Shown here piece after piece: positions 1 to 12,500 of a stretch of DNA of 64,000 nucleotides. Each line of letters opens with the position of its first letter. Position 1 is the first letter of the stretch. Below the pieces are notes generated by a model that did no database searches, was not told the DNA's origin, and was given only the letters and a program-made list of their open reading frames with translations. A program made the translations under genes and the position numbers. The stretch lies in NCBI GenBank assembly GCA_963924565.1, contig OZ004607.1, positions 9,300,001 to 9,364,000 on the forward strand, given 5' to 3'. This stretch comes from Ascidiella aspersa (Eukaryota).

Positions 1-1556
1 TACAACCTTTTTATTTCACAACCCCAATTTAATTGGACTGGCAACACCGTATACATGCGACCCAGGTTGTTTTCAGATAAGGTTGTTTTCAGATAAGTAC
101 TGCTTGAACTAAGTCGCACAAGCGATTGAATATGCTTAAACACAAGTACAAATTCTGTTTTATTTGTTTGAACATTTTTATTACAATCATTACGCTCGTT
201 TAAGCCACTACCTCGAGCATGTAAACCAAACCATGAGCGTAATGAAATCCCTAAAACTGCAGGATGTGGTGATTGTTGGCGACCCCATAAAAGGTTCAGG
301 CGACCCAACATGGGGCGGCGAGACCACTGCCCTATTGGCTTGCAGAAATTTGATGTTCTTTTTATTCGTCCTGTGGTGTCATTTTTTAAGTTTCGACTTA
401 AAAACATTTTTGTTAAATCGCTGAATCTTCCCTATTTTTTAATGGTGCACATGACTTTCAGCGAGTTTCTGCTAGAAATAAAAAAATACATTTTAATCAA
501 AATGTAGGTCTCCACTTTGTATAATACTTTTTTTGAAATACTCTTGTTTGACATCATATTTATTTATGTATTTATTTATTTTTTTTATATTTAGTCACCA
601 GGTAGGTGTTAACTTCGTTAAAATATGTGTTTTTAAAGCAATGAAGTTTAAAACCAATATACTCATTTGAATGTAAGGTATTTATCGTGCCTTGTTTTTT
701 GGCAATGCATTGTATTTTGTTGCGTACAAAAAAGCATAGGCGACGAACGTTGGTGTGCAGAGCGTTTTTGGATGCCCCAAACGGAAAATTTGTTTAGCCT
801 AAAGGCGCATAAGAAAGTTATAAATTCCGAATAGTTTGTTTCAGTAATAACATGCAACACTGCAAAAGCAGTTATCTAAGAGCTCGCATTGTGTAATTAA
901 TAAGCCATTTGCACTGGTTAGAAACTAACGCCCTGTAATTTTGAAAGTTCAGCGCCCATGCAACAAACAATGCAAGCATTATGTGCTTGGTCTGTAGGCT
1001 GCGTATACACACAGCTGCCGTAAAACCGGCAATTTAATCGGCTAAACATTGCCAGAAATCTCGTGACTCTTCTGGCTCCATGCCGGCTTTTCCTGCACGT
1101 GCACGGTTAATTATTCTCAAAGAGCAAACCGCAGTACCATGGTCCATGATCTGGAGTTTTTGGTATTCCCGATGTTGTGTCAAATAATTACCAGGGCGAT
1201 CTCATGAAACATTTAAACGTTTTTGTAATAATCGACCTAAATCGGTTTCCGTTTTCCTAATAGTTCACCGACGATTTATCCACACCACTTCGAAAAGCAT
1301 CACGTTTTCCATTTTACCATTTTTTGTATTTATAATACCATTTTTGTTTTTTGTACTTAGTAATGTTTTGTTTGATTAAATGAATAATTTCTTTATGTTT
1401 AGCTCATTTTTATACCTTTTTGACTTTGTTGTATTCCTTATTACCAGAAAGAAACTCGACCTAAAAGGGAAAATAAAATAGGCCTAAAACCAAATTTAGC
1501 TCAAAAAAGTTACTCCAGGTTACGTTTGACATATTTTATTTAATTTTTTAAGCGAT

Positions 1557-1626
1557 GTATATATATACACATATATATATATATATTTTACTAAAAAAGT
1601 GAAATAAAAAAAAATATATATATATA
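1557..1626. repeat. (TA)n microsatellite pair
   Basis: Two TA runs around an A-rich spacer; another (TA)n lies at about 54035-54055. Confidence 0.6.
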
Positions 1627-1810
1627 CAGGGTTGCGATTTTGAACTCGCCCGCTCGCCAATGCAAGTGCAATTCGATGTATTTTCGTCTTGGCGAGTGTT
1701 TGCCCTAGTGCAGATTTTAATTTAAAACCAACCCTGGTATTATGCATAATATGCTTTTTAGGTATTTTAGCGAGAACGGTATTTTTAATTAAAATTTTTC
1801 ACCGCACTAG

Positions 1811-4800
1811 ATTCCAAGCCTTCTGGAACGTTCGGTCCAATCAACCCAACAATAATGTCAACCTACGACTTCATCAAGACTCTCTTCACCGACGTGCGAG
1901 CAACTTTTCACGACGCCTACATTCACTTGGGCGGTGACGAAGTCAATTTCAACTGCTGGTATGGCCGATCGTGCTTGCCGAATAAAATTATGATTACAAC
2001 GCTGCACGTTTTGTTTGTTTGTATTAAATTTTTGCTGTGATGATTTCCGTTTTTTCAGTTACCCATGACAATAGCCCAGGCCCGCACAACCATGTAAATT
2101 GCAGCAAACGATGTAACATTATCCGCTTATGACTTTAATCATAATTAAGAGCGGATTTGCTAAAGTGTTTTGCTTTTTAAAAATAAGATATTTATAGTAC
2201 GTTCATTTGAAGGCAATTTTTTGACTTCGCGTTTTGCAGTTTGTTTTATGTTTTTTAAGTCCTCGATTTGACTACATTGCCTTTAAGACTGTATACAACT
2301 TACCATTCAATGATTCAACGTTAATATGACGGCGATAAACTTCTCGTATGGGCCCTGATTTTATTTTTATTTTATATATATTTTTTGAGAAGTATATAGC
2401 GCCTACAATAAGCAACGTATTTTTCTACCGGTGTGTTTCCTACTTTGTAATGCGTGTTACGGCAAAAATCACGTAACTGTGAAGAAAGCATATTTTTCGG
2501 CGAACACACAAATAAACGATACATGTTTCTTTAAACTAAGCGCAAATCCATGTTGAACGCAAGATTAGTAATTGCATCGTATTGTGGCAGGAAGTCGAAC
2601 CCAGACATCAGCAAGTTCATGACCGCACACAACATCAGCGGTGATTACGCCAAGCTGGAGGAAATTTACATCCAAGAGGTGCTCAACATCTCCCAGCAAG
2701 TAGGATACAGCTACATCGTGTGGCAGGAGGTCATCGACAACGGCGTCAAGGTTAGGCGTTCATATACCTTTATGTTGTACGCTTTGGGCCAAGTGGTGTT
2801 TATTTTGTTAAATTTAAGGTTAGAAAAGTACTATAAATACAAAAGCTGTACATTACCAAGATGATGTTGATTCGCGTAAAGCAAAAAAATAGTTTAATAT
2901 ATCGTACAGTTTAACAAAACTTTTCATTTTTGAGGGTGCGTTGGGGAGAGGGGGCATGGCCACGAATAAACACCCCCCGGTATCCTCCCTTGTCCGTGAA
3001 TACACAATGCGATACCAAGCTTACATTGCCAGGCTAAACCGGACACGGTAGTCGAAGTATGGATCAACAACAGGCCTGACGAGGAGATGGCCAGAGTGAC
3101 CGCGTTGGGCTACCGGGCCATCATGTCGGCGCCCTGGTACCTAGATTACATCTCAACCGGTCAGGACTGGCGTAACTACTACCTTTACGAGCCGTCCAAC
3201 TTTAACGGTAAGGAATGCAGTCGGTTTATTTGGTTTTCGTCAATTCTAAGTTTGGAGCATAATGGTTAGATGCTGTAGTAAGACGTAGTAAGAATATCAA
3301 ACCCATACAGAAGTAGGAATCATTTTGAACGCGATGCTGAAAATCAATAAAGAGATATTCGAAACGTTAAAGATGATACCTATTTGTGGATGGGCTTTGA
3401 TATTCTTACTAATTCTAAGTTGGATGTCTGACCAATAAACAATTAACGGAATAAGGAAGGATATCACTAGTGAGTATATGTTCTAAAACAATCCTCCATT
3501 ATATAAGAGAACCTATTATATTTTTGATAGATAATAGACTTCCACGTCAGATTGATTAATGTTAAATGTGCATTAAGTTATCTGTTTTTTTTAAGTTTTG
3601 TTTTAATTGAAAATTAAAAAACTATTATTGTACCTATTTTTTTCAATATTTAAATCATTTAAGTTTGAGATTTGTACTTTTAGGAAATTCTGTCCTTTTC
3701 GGCTGTGCTTGTTATTATTTACGTCCTTACTTTAACCACATGAGTATTCTATATTGTTACGTCACAGGCACTGCGGCCCAGAAGGCGCTCCTGATTGGTG
3801 GAGAGGCTTGCTTGTGGGGAGAATACGTCGACGGCACCAATATTACACCGAGGCTTTGGTGAGATTTATTTAGATTTTTCGACTCTTTTTCCGTTTTCTT
3901 CATCTTATATGCTGATTTACTATTACAGCATAAATACCTTAAAGCAGGGGGACACCTTGGAATAAGTGGTATAAAAGAAGATTTTATTTAAATTTCAGTT
4001 TAACATTTTTTAGACCGAAAACAGCAGGTTTCTCAAGTCTACTTGTTTTATGACGTCATTTCTAAAATTTTACGCCACTCCAACGGCACCCCAAATGTTT
4101 TTTGTCCACGTTAAAAACGTTAAAGAACCACTGCCTTGAACAGTGATTTTTTACAAGATTTTTCAATCTAAATTCTGTTTAAAACTGTTTTCTTATGTGC
4201 TTTAAATATAATCTGTCTAATTTGCGTCTGGTACCATTGGTGCGAACTATTATGCTTCATTTAGTTGGCTATTTAAAAAATTATTCATCTTTTTTGATAA
4301 GTTTCAACCCTAGCTCTACAAGTCTAACGTAACAAAAAAATTAAAACAGAGAGTTACGAATGACGATTTTACAATTATTGAAATACGCCCGTCCTATTTT
4401 GGCGATGACAATTTCCACATATTTGCTAATAGTTTGTCTGACAAATCCGTTTCGTGGCGAATATGTGGCTCCTGTTTTCAATCCAACTGCGCTTTTTACT
4501 TTTAACTTCAAACAAAGCAAGCAAGCAAGTAAAACGATAACATGGAAATACTATTTTGTTTTTAAGGCCTCGTGCCAGCGCGGTCGCCGAGCGTTTGTGG
4601 AGCGCTGAAGATGTGAACAACGCTGACCTCGCCACGCCCAGACTACACCAGCATCGGTGCAACATGATTCGGTGAGTGCACGAAGCTTAACAACTTTAAA
4701 CGAAAGGCGTAAAATAAAGCTAAAAACTTTTTCGCAACTCGCGATAACAGCTGTCTAGCGGAACAAATCATCACCATAACTCGTGACGTGTCGCAGTTTG

Positions 4801-7051
4801 ACTTTTATTGCATGGGCATATTGGGCTGCTTACTAAAGGGAAAGAAATGCCGCACTATAGTAACTCTTCTTGTTCCTGCGTAAAATTATATACTGTGTCG
4901 TAAGCAAGATAAATTTGAAGTTTGGGATTGTCTAAATTTAAGCCTTTTCAGTTTTGTTCACTCCTAACACAGAATGCTATATTACATCCACCTAAATGCA
5001 ATAACGATAAGACTAATTTCCCAACTATACATAACGAGGTTTTGATCATTTGTGCCTTGTACAACATCAATTTTGGCTGTGCATTGCGATTAAAAAAACG
5101 CTTATCTACAGTTAAGATGATGTAACAATCTGCAAAAGCAACAAACGTAGTCATCCAGAATATTTGAATAAATTACAAAGTTTCATGGAAAATTTAGATT
5201 TAGTGAAAATCTAATTTTAAACAAAGCATTTACCTCCACCCTATCGGTTGGTTCCTTAGGAAAAATGTCTTTCACCCTGGGGTTAACCATTCAACATTTT
5301 AATAAAGACTTGTCTAGCCTTAGACCAGTGGTTCTCAACGTTTTTTTTTTCGTGGTCCATTTTCGTTGCACAAAAATTCTGTGGCTCAATAAATTTTTCA
5401 TTAAATTTGTTATAAGGAAAAAACTATAAAATAGGTTTGGAACAAAAAACAGCAGGACATATTTCAAAACAAATTATTTACTCAACCGTGCATTAGTGAG
5501 ATACTTGCTTCTGAACAATAAATTTAGGTTTCGTTTACATTCCTTCTTAATTTCTCCCCAAGCCATTATTCCTGTAAAATTAAGTATAGTGACTCAAATG
5601 TAGGGATGTTCAAAGTAGAATACCAAGGTATTCTAGAATAATAGGTTTCGAATCTAGAATAACGAATCCAGAATAGCGAATCCTAGTATAATTTTATTAA
5701 ATTATTTAACCTCGATTTTGTTTTTAGGGAAGGGATTTTTTGCTAACATGTGTACATTATAATAAAAAAAATCTTCGCTATGTTTAACATTCTTAACAAC
5801 TGTCATTTGAAGCAGTTGTGTAAACTGTAATATGTCAACTGTCCAGGTTGTTGCCAAAACTTATATTTTTGCCAATAGTGAGTACAATGCAACACCGAAC
5901 ACAGAATTCTTTAGCAATTCGGCCCTGTTTTTAAAGCATTGTTGGGTTTTTGTGCTTCTTTTTTTGACTAAAATGATCTGTTATGCAGTCAAATAATGTA
6001 CTGCAAAGAATAAGTTACTATTGACATAACGAATACTTGACAATTACGCTGTGCATTACTGTATAACCTCGCTGAATATTGGCCTAAAGTTGACCTTAAG
6101 TAACCCTATAGCGCATTTGGTTACATCCAGCACCTATTACAACGTAATGTTACGTTTGCAACTTAACGCATTTAGGGAAATTGGGAACTCCCCACCTGAA
6201 ATTGCACGTTAGTCGCTCGCCCAATAATACTTCATTGACACCTAATTATTAGACGAACGTTTTCGCGAGACGCGGTAATCGGTCGCCCGAAAATACGCTG
6301 ACGCTGAACTAACTGGTTACATTTAGCAATCACTATAAATTGGTCGCCGCAGCGACAGGCCAACTTATCACACGCGTTTGTACAATTAGGAGCGACGGTC
6401 GGCGGTAAAACGTTAAATTATATCGGTTCCAATTACCCGAAATAAACGGCAGAATTGGATTCGAATCTCATCTGGATTCGAATCCAAGGATTCGATATTC
6501 TACTTTGAACACCCCTACTCAAATGAAACTAAATTCTTTAATTAATCTCAAAACGCCATGGCCCACTGCAATTGAGAACCACCACTCCTCTAGTCTACAC
6601 CATTAACGTATCGTCACCAGTAATTGTGTTTTCGGAGCATTCAATGACGAAACTCATGTCCGGCTCGGACTGGTAAAATCCTATCGGACGCTGCTGGCAA
6701 TACGTCTGTTAATTTTAATGAAGCAAGGAAAATGTGACCACTACAATAGCAATCTCAACCTTTGGTACCTTTTTTTCTCTTTTAAAATTTAGTCACATTT
6801 TAAACAATGCACAACATTCATAAGGCCTTCGTGGACCCTTCAAAACTGGTCCACAGAGCTCAGTTTAGGACCCCCTGCTATAAAATAACCTATTATTATC
6901 GAACATATTTCGAGTATTTTCAGTCTTACAAGGCTATATGGTACTTTACAGTAAAGCTTTAAACTGAAACGTTTTCTGCTTTAACAGGAGGGGAATACCC
7001 GCCGAACCCCTGTCTCCTGGATATTGTGCTCACGAATGGGACCGAGTATAA
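1811..7051 (+). CDS. HEXB: Beta-hexosaminidase (GH20, HEXA/HEXB-like), 3' six coding exons; 5' part lies outside the window
   Basis: Exons 1811-1958, 2591-2750, 3033-3207, 3768-3858, 4567-4671, 6988-7051, all GT-AG and phase-continuous. Translation includes [12 protein letters not shown], catalytic [50 protein letters not shown] and terminal [20 protein letters not shown]. The alpha versus beta assignment is uncertain. Confidence 0.95.
5326..6586. mobile_element. hAT-like non-autonomous element (outer, degenerate right end) hosting a nested MITE
   Basis: Left end CAGTGGTTCTCAAC, right end ..TTGAGAACCACCACT; no ORF; TSD only loosely preserved. Confidence 0.55.
5601..6517. mobile_element. hAT-like MITE nested in the element above
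   Basis: TIRs TAGGGATGTTCAAAGTAGAATA / TATTCTACTTTGAACACCCCTA; perfect 8-bp TSD CTCAAATG at 5593-5600 and 6518-6525. Confidence 0.85.
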
Positions 7052-9062
7052 ATTGCAAAATAAAGGCATGGACACGTAAAGCCCTAGTATCCTACGATTT
7101 CTTGATTCTGCTAATTGAGCATATATCTACTACTAGTACTACAGTGTGTATACGATGTCAATCCCAATTGGAATCATCTTATGCAAAGCTTATACGACAT
7201 TTCTCATGAACTGTATTTTTTCACATGTGATAATAATCTACCTTTCACAAAGAAATTGTCTTTATCGCTTAATGCACTTATATCTGAAAGATTTTTTTTT
7301 TCACATCGTAAAATGCGAAAATTATCGCCCTTTAACACTAATTGCGTATTTCTTTTAGTAGAATTAGATTATGTATTTGCTGTCAAAGCTATGCGACTAA
7401 ATGGTAATGTTTTGATAACTGTTTTTCCTGCAAAACTTCGCGTTTGTTCAAATTCAATTTGTGTCATTGTGCAATCGCTTTTTCGCTACTGTGGAAAAAG
7501 CTAATAATAAACCTGATTCATTTTCATTCCTTATCAAAGCAAGTTGTGACATCTTAAACCATAAGTTGACCAGACTGGAGAATTACATTAACATAATTAA
7601 GTAAGCTAATTGGTTTTAGTAGATATATACCATGTCAGATACTAATGAGGGTGGTTCTTTAGAAAAAAAATCTCAATTGAAATAAGCATAATGTCATGTG
7701 AAAAACAGTTGGTTGAGCAGCGTGATCAGCGCTCTCACACACATTTTCTTGAGTCTTCGGCTTATTATGTCGACCGAACTGTGAAGGCCTAGAAAAAACG
7801 TAGAAAATCCTAAATAAGTCGTGTAGCAACAACCCATAGGGTGTATAATTTATACTTAAAAGAAAAACTATTTACTGTGTTCTCGCTCGAATGATTTAAT
7901 GCACTGCATTGGTTTTCTCCAAGCTGAATATCGTATTCCGGAACCAGACCAATCTTAAAACATATTAACAGTTAAACTAGTACACTAGACAGCCTTGTGG
8001 AGCATCTTATAGAGTATTGCTGACTTCTGGTTATACGGTTAGCTCGTTTAGTTTATTCCATAACACAAGGTCGCAGAATAGATAGGAAGCAAGGAGACCA
8101 GAGATGCCTGTTCTGGTCGTTGCGAGAGACTAATGCGATCTCTGATGAAGACAGTAGATACAAAGCCTATAAACAAAATAATAAATTACAACAGAAATAT
8201 CGTTTGACAGATAAAGCTACCGCAAGACAAAGGTTCAGAGTCGCTACAGCTTTTTTGAGTTTAAAAATGGCCAGGACTTGACGTGGAATAGTATTTGAAA
8301 ACTAGTGGATTCTATCTGAAATTATTATCAGTGTTGCATGAATTTATTAGAAGCACAATGGCTTACTCAGGTGGATTCACCCCTTATTCAAACAGAGAAA
8401 AGACCTTAAACTGGGACCAATGTCCCATTCGTTTTTTCATTGTCAATTTTTCAACTAAATAAAATCTTTACCTCTTAGTTTGTAATTTATAAATGGCAAT
8501 GCCGGGTAAATTTTATTTCAACGTATGACGTCCGTCGATACCAGGGCCTATACTGAATAGGCCTGTATAAACACTGTCGATACTAAATAGTTTGGGTGAA
8601 ATTATTTTCGTTCTGAATGAGTAATCATGTTCCCGAAAATCATTCATCCTTGAGAAAAGCAATTTTGTTGATGTCTATGAACATGAGGTTTGTCTTGCCA
8701 CTGGCTTTCTGTTCGTTTTTGTTTTGCACGGAATTTGACTTGTTCGTAAGTCAATCCTTCTCTTATTAGTGACAACAGCAGAAACACTGTTGTCACTAAT
8801 CACCCAGCAATAAAAAATAAAAATCCACAGAAAATTATACAGTCGTATTTTGCGTTTTTTTAAGTTTTTAAAACACTTTAGCTTTGGGGTTAACGACAAA
8901 TGGACGAGGACAAAGTCGATTCATTTTTAAGATATGTTTAGAGTGTTTAGTTTAGTAGTAAATTAACTGATATGACCCTAGCAGAACTTTTGTAGAGGTA
9001 CATAACTAATAGCTGAGTTTTAATTGAAAAATGCACATTTCTGAGAAAAGTTATGAGTTTTT

Positions 9063-9262
9063 TTGGCGCTGGTCTAGGAGCCTACCCAACGAACATTATT
9101 AGGGTGCGGGTTAGCGTTTGGGTAGGTTAAGTACTATGATTAAATAACAATACAATCCACCCCTCACCCAAACACTAACCGACAACCTAACCAGGTCCTG
9201 AACAATGTGAGGTGCTTTAATAATTGCTTAAACGATGTAGTAGAAAGCTAGACCAGCGCCAA
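9063..9262. mobile_element. Short MITE; related copy at about 35455-35700
   Basis: TIR TTGGCGCTGGTCTAG / CTAGACCAGCGCCAA; internal GGGTTAG-like and CTAACC-like tracts shared with the 35455 copy. Confidence 0.7.
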
Positions 9263-9594
9263 TCCTTGCTGATGGTTGCACAAACTCACAACATAAACTA
9301 AAAGTGTTTTTTGATATATACGACCGTAACTCCAAATTGCATTTTCTTGCACTTTTTATTAAGATCTTGCATGTGCAGTATAGCTTTTATGCACACCATG
9401 TTTAAGTGTGTGATTTACTAATTGAGGTGTGAAAACAAAAATTGCTTTAAATGCAATCTCAGGTGTACAGATGCATCACGAAATTATGGAGAAATATGGG
9501 AATATTTGCAAATGCCATGTGTTTGTTTATTTTAGAAAATTTCGTTTTTAACTAATGTTATTTTGGTGAGAATCAGAAATAAACCTGCCATACA

Positions 9595-12500
9595 ATGGCA
9601 AATTTGTATGATTCTGATGACGGGAATGAATTAGAAAGCTTCAGTGTCAACAATGGTGACCTGCTCAACGAATTCAATCCAAACCGACCCACGTTCAAGC
9701 AAACAAGAGAGGATGCACTTTATGGAATGTGGGCAAAAGATGAAGAAAGTGGATGGAGGTAAAACCTATTCATATTAAAACTTCACTTTATCTTAATCCA
9801 GGATTATTTTGTAAACAAATATTGGACTTAAAGTATTATCAAATGATATTTTATATGTGCACATACTTTTATATGATACCAGATTAAAAAAATTGATATT
9901 ACACCGGTGAAATATTTATGCAGTTGTACGGCTGTAATAGAAGATGAACTGAAATTTTGTGCCGCTATATAATAAAGTTCTGTCTTTTTGTCTTATGAAA
10001 TAACTGGATTTCTTTGTTTTGTTGCTTAATTCACCGTTTTGTTCACTTTCAAAGTTTTTTTCACCAAATAGTCGACATTATTTTTTTATGCAGAGTGTGC
10101 TGTAAAAGAACCAACCAATTAAACATTTATAGTCTCCCTATTGTTTTGATTGTGATTAATTAAACTAATGCACCATTTCTTACTCAGCACATTTAAAAAG
10201 CAGAAGCAGAAGTATTCGACTCCAGTTAATTTCATCAGTGGAGGAGTAAAACAAACAGGGTTGCCTCCTGAAGAAGAACCAGCAGTGGGAAAGGATGAAG
10301 CTGGTGATGGTGCAAAGTGAGTTGTTTCCTCAATTTTCTATTTGTCACTAATCACTATATTTTAACTGCAATTCTGGTAAAAGTATTCCACCAAGATATT
10401 TGAATAAATATTTTTATTCACATTGATTGTGAATCTAATTTTACTTTTTTTGGTTTTAATTGAATTAGTCTAGGGATATGAATATGGAAAATATTTTGTG
10501 TTGAACTTATTTAATTTGGCTTTAATTTGCAGTTAGGGTTGACTATATATACATATATTTTTCTTTTTTCAGATCTGATGCCTTTATTAAGTCTCAAAAG
10601 ACTTTCCATACAACAGACCAAAAAACTGGAGGCACTGGAAAGCAAGCCTCTTACAGCTTTCAGTCTAAGGGCAAAAAAGAAAAAGTTGATTCGCAATTTG
10701 CCAGCTTTGAGAGACACACAAAGGGAATAGGTAAATAAATGTAATATTTCTATGACATTGCAAAACAATGGCGCACAGACACAGGATATGTTAAATAAAT
10801 TTGTTTTTTTATACTTCATGGTAATTATATCATCTGGTGAACATTGATTTTGTTTTAAATCTATATAAATGTACAGCCGTCTGTATAAATGTTCAAAATT
10901 AAATGCTTCAAAAAATATTGTAACTGGTACATTATAAATTGCAGCAACTTAAAAAAAACATATATTTGCATCAAGCATTTAGCTTTTATTAGTGTCACTA
11001 CTTTTTACACTACACACACTCAATTACTTTTTTAAACAGTCACTTGTAATTTTAGGAATGAAACTGATGCAGAAGATGGGCTACAAAGTGGGTAAGGGTC
11101 TTGGAAGGGGCAACCAAGGAATCGTTAACCCCATTGAGGCACACAAAAGGGTAAGGAAAGTGGGTCTGGGCGCAGCGGGCACCGAACGCACAAAACAATC
11201 ACTCATCCATTTTCCAACACAAGACTCTGAAGAGGAGGAGGATAAAGAGTTTCAGGTTTGTTTCATTTTTTATGTTTTTTTAGGAACTTCTAAATCTGTT
11301 CTATTCTTTTGAGTTTTAAAACTCTTCTTTTTTACTAAAACAAAAGACACTGCGTTCATTTTGGGGAAGAAAATGTCAGAATGCCATGACTTTTGTGCAA
11401 GCAAGGAAATGTATATGTATTAATTTAAAAGAGGCTGAAGTTTGAAATAACTAACTCTTGATAAGGAAGGTAATAATGAGGTAGGAAACATTGACACAAA
11501 TTTGTATTTTTATACAACTTTACCAAAAAATGCAGTTTATAATGTAAGTTTGTCAATTATTATCGATTTTGCGCAAAAAATTAAAGTGTATATATATATC
11601 CAAATAACATTAAATTTATCCTTTTTTGACATACACAACAAGTATTAAAAAAAAAATTGACAATGTGCAAAAAATGTCTTCATAGTAAACATTAATTAAT
11701 TTGTTTTTATGTACCGTAGGTCAACCAACTAATGTTTTATGTTAACTAGTTATTGTGACTGAATAATGATTTTTTACTGCGGAATAATTATGCTAAGTAC
11801 TTTCCATGAGTTCTTTGGAGGCATTTGAAAAGGCTATCTAAATGAGTCAGCTTAATTAGGATGCAACAGGCAACTGTGCTATGGTGTTTATGAACTTACT
11901 TTCCGCTGAGCCTGTGTAGCTCAGTTGTTAGAGTGACGGTACCAGCATGACCGGACGTCGTGAGTTCGAACCTCACCACAGGCTATTTTTTTTTTCCAGC
12001 CTGGCCTTGCTTTCACTATAAACCTAATCAGACTGAATGATTCAGGTAAGCCTTTCTGAGGGCATCCTGTGTACTATATATTATGTCAGTGGTCGACAAA
12101 CTCTTTTTGTTGCGGCCCGTACTCTTTTCAGAGCTTTTGAAGACCCACTCTGTAAAACCACTACGAAATAGTTGCGGATTCGGGATATTTGATTTGAAGG
12201 TTTAATATAACATGGAGCCTTGATTGCCAAAACAGTGCCAAGTCATAATATAAAAGATACTATAAAAAAGGTTACTAGAGCGAAGCGCGAAACATTTTTT
12301 GTTTATGTATATATAGTTATGGTTGGCAAAAAATATAGTTCGGCTCTCAGGGCCACATTTGACACGTAGGGTTTTCCAAGCTGAGCCAATTTAAAAATGT
12401 TTATGCCAAACCAACTTTTAAAATAAAGTGCAATAAATGTAAGGCTATCACGCTGCCCACAACTACGTGATAACACTTAACTATCCAAAAGTGACTCGCG

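Noticed and set aside
164-507. ORFs at the window start as upstream hexosaminidase exons
   Set aside because: No GH20 similarity; the GGCGACCC..GAGACCACTG segment looks like a MITE end.
9523-9594. Acceptor-like AGs just upstream of the TFIP11 ATG as a trans-splice site or operon link to the hexosaminidase gene
   Set aside because: Cannot be distinguished from an ordinary 5' UTR intron; the genes are 2.5 kb apart and the organism is unconfirmed.
11910-11984. Functional tRNA gene
   Set aside because: The anticodon arm is irregular (no 5-bp stem with 7-nt loop), and the downstream body recurs in other diverged copies, which fits a SINE.
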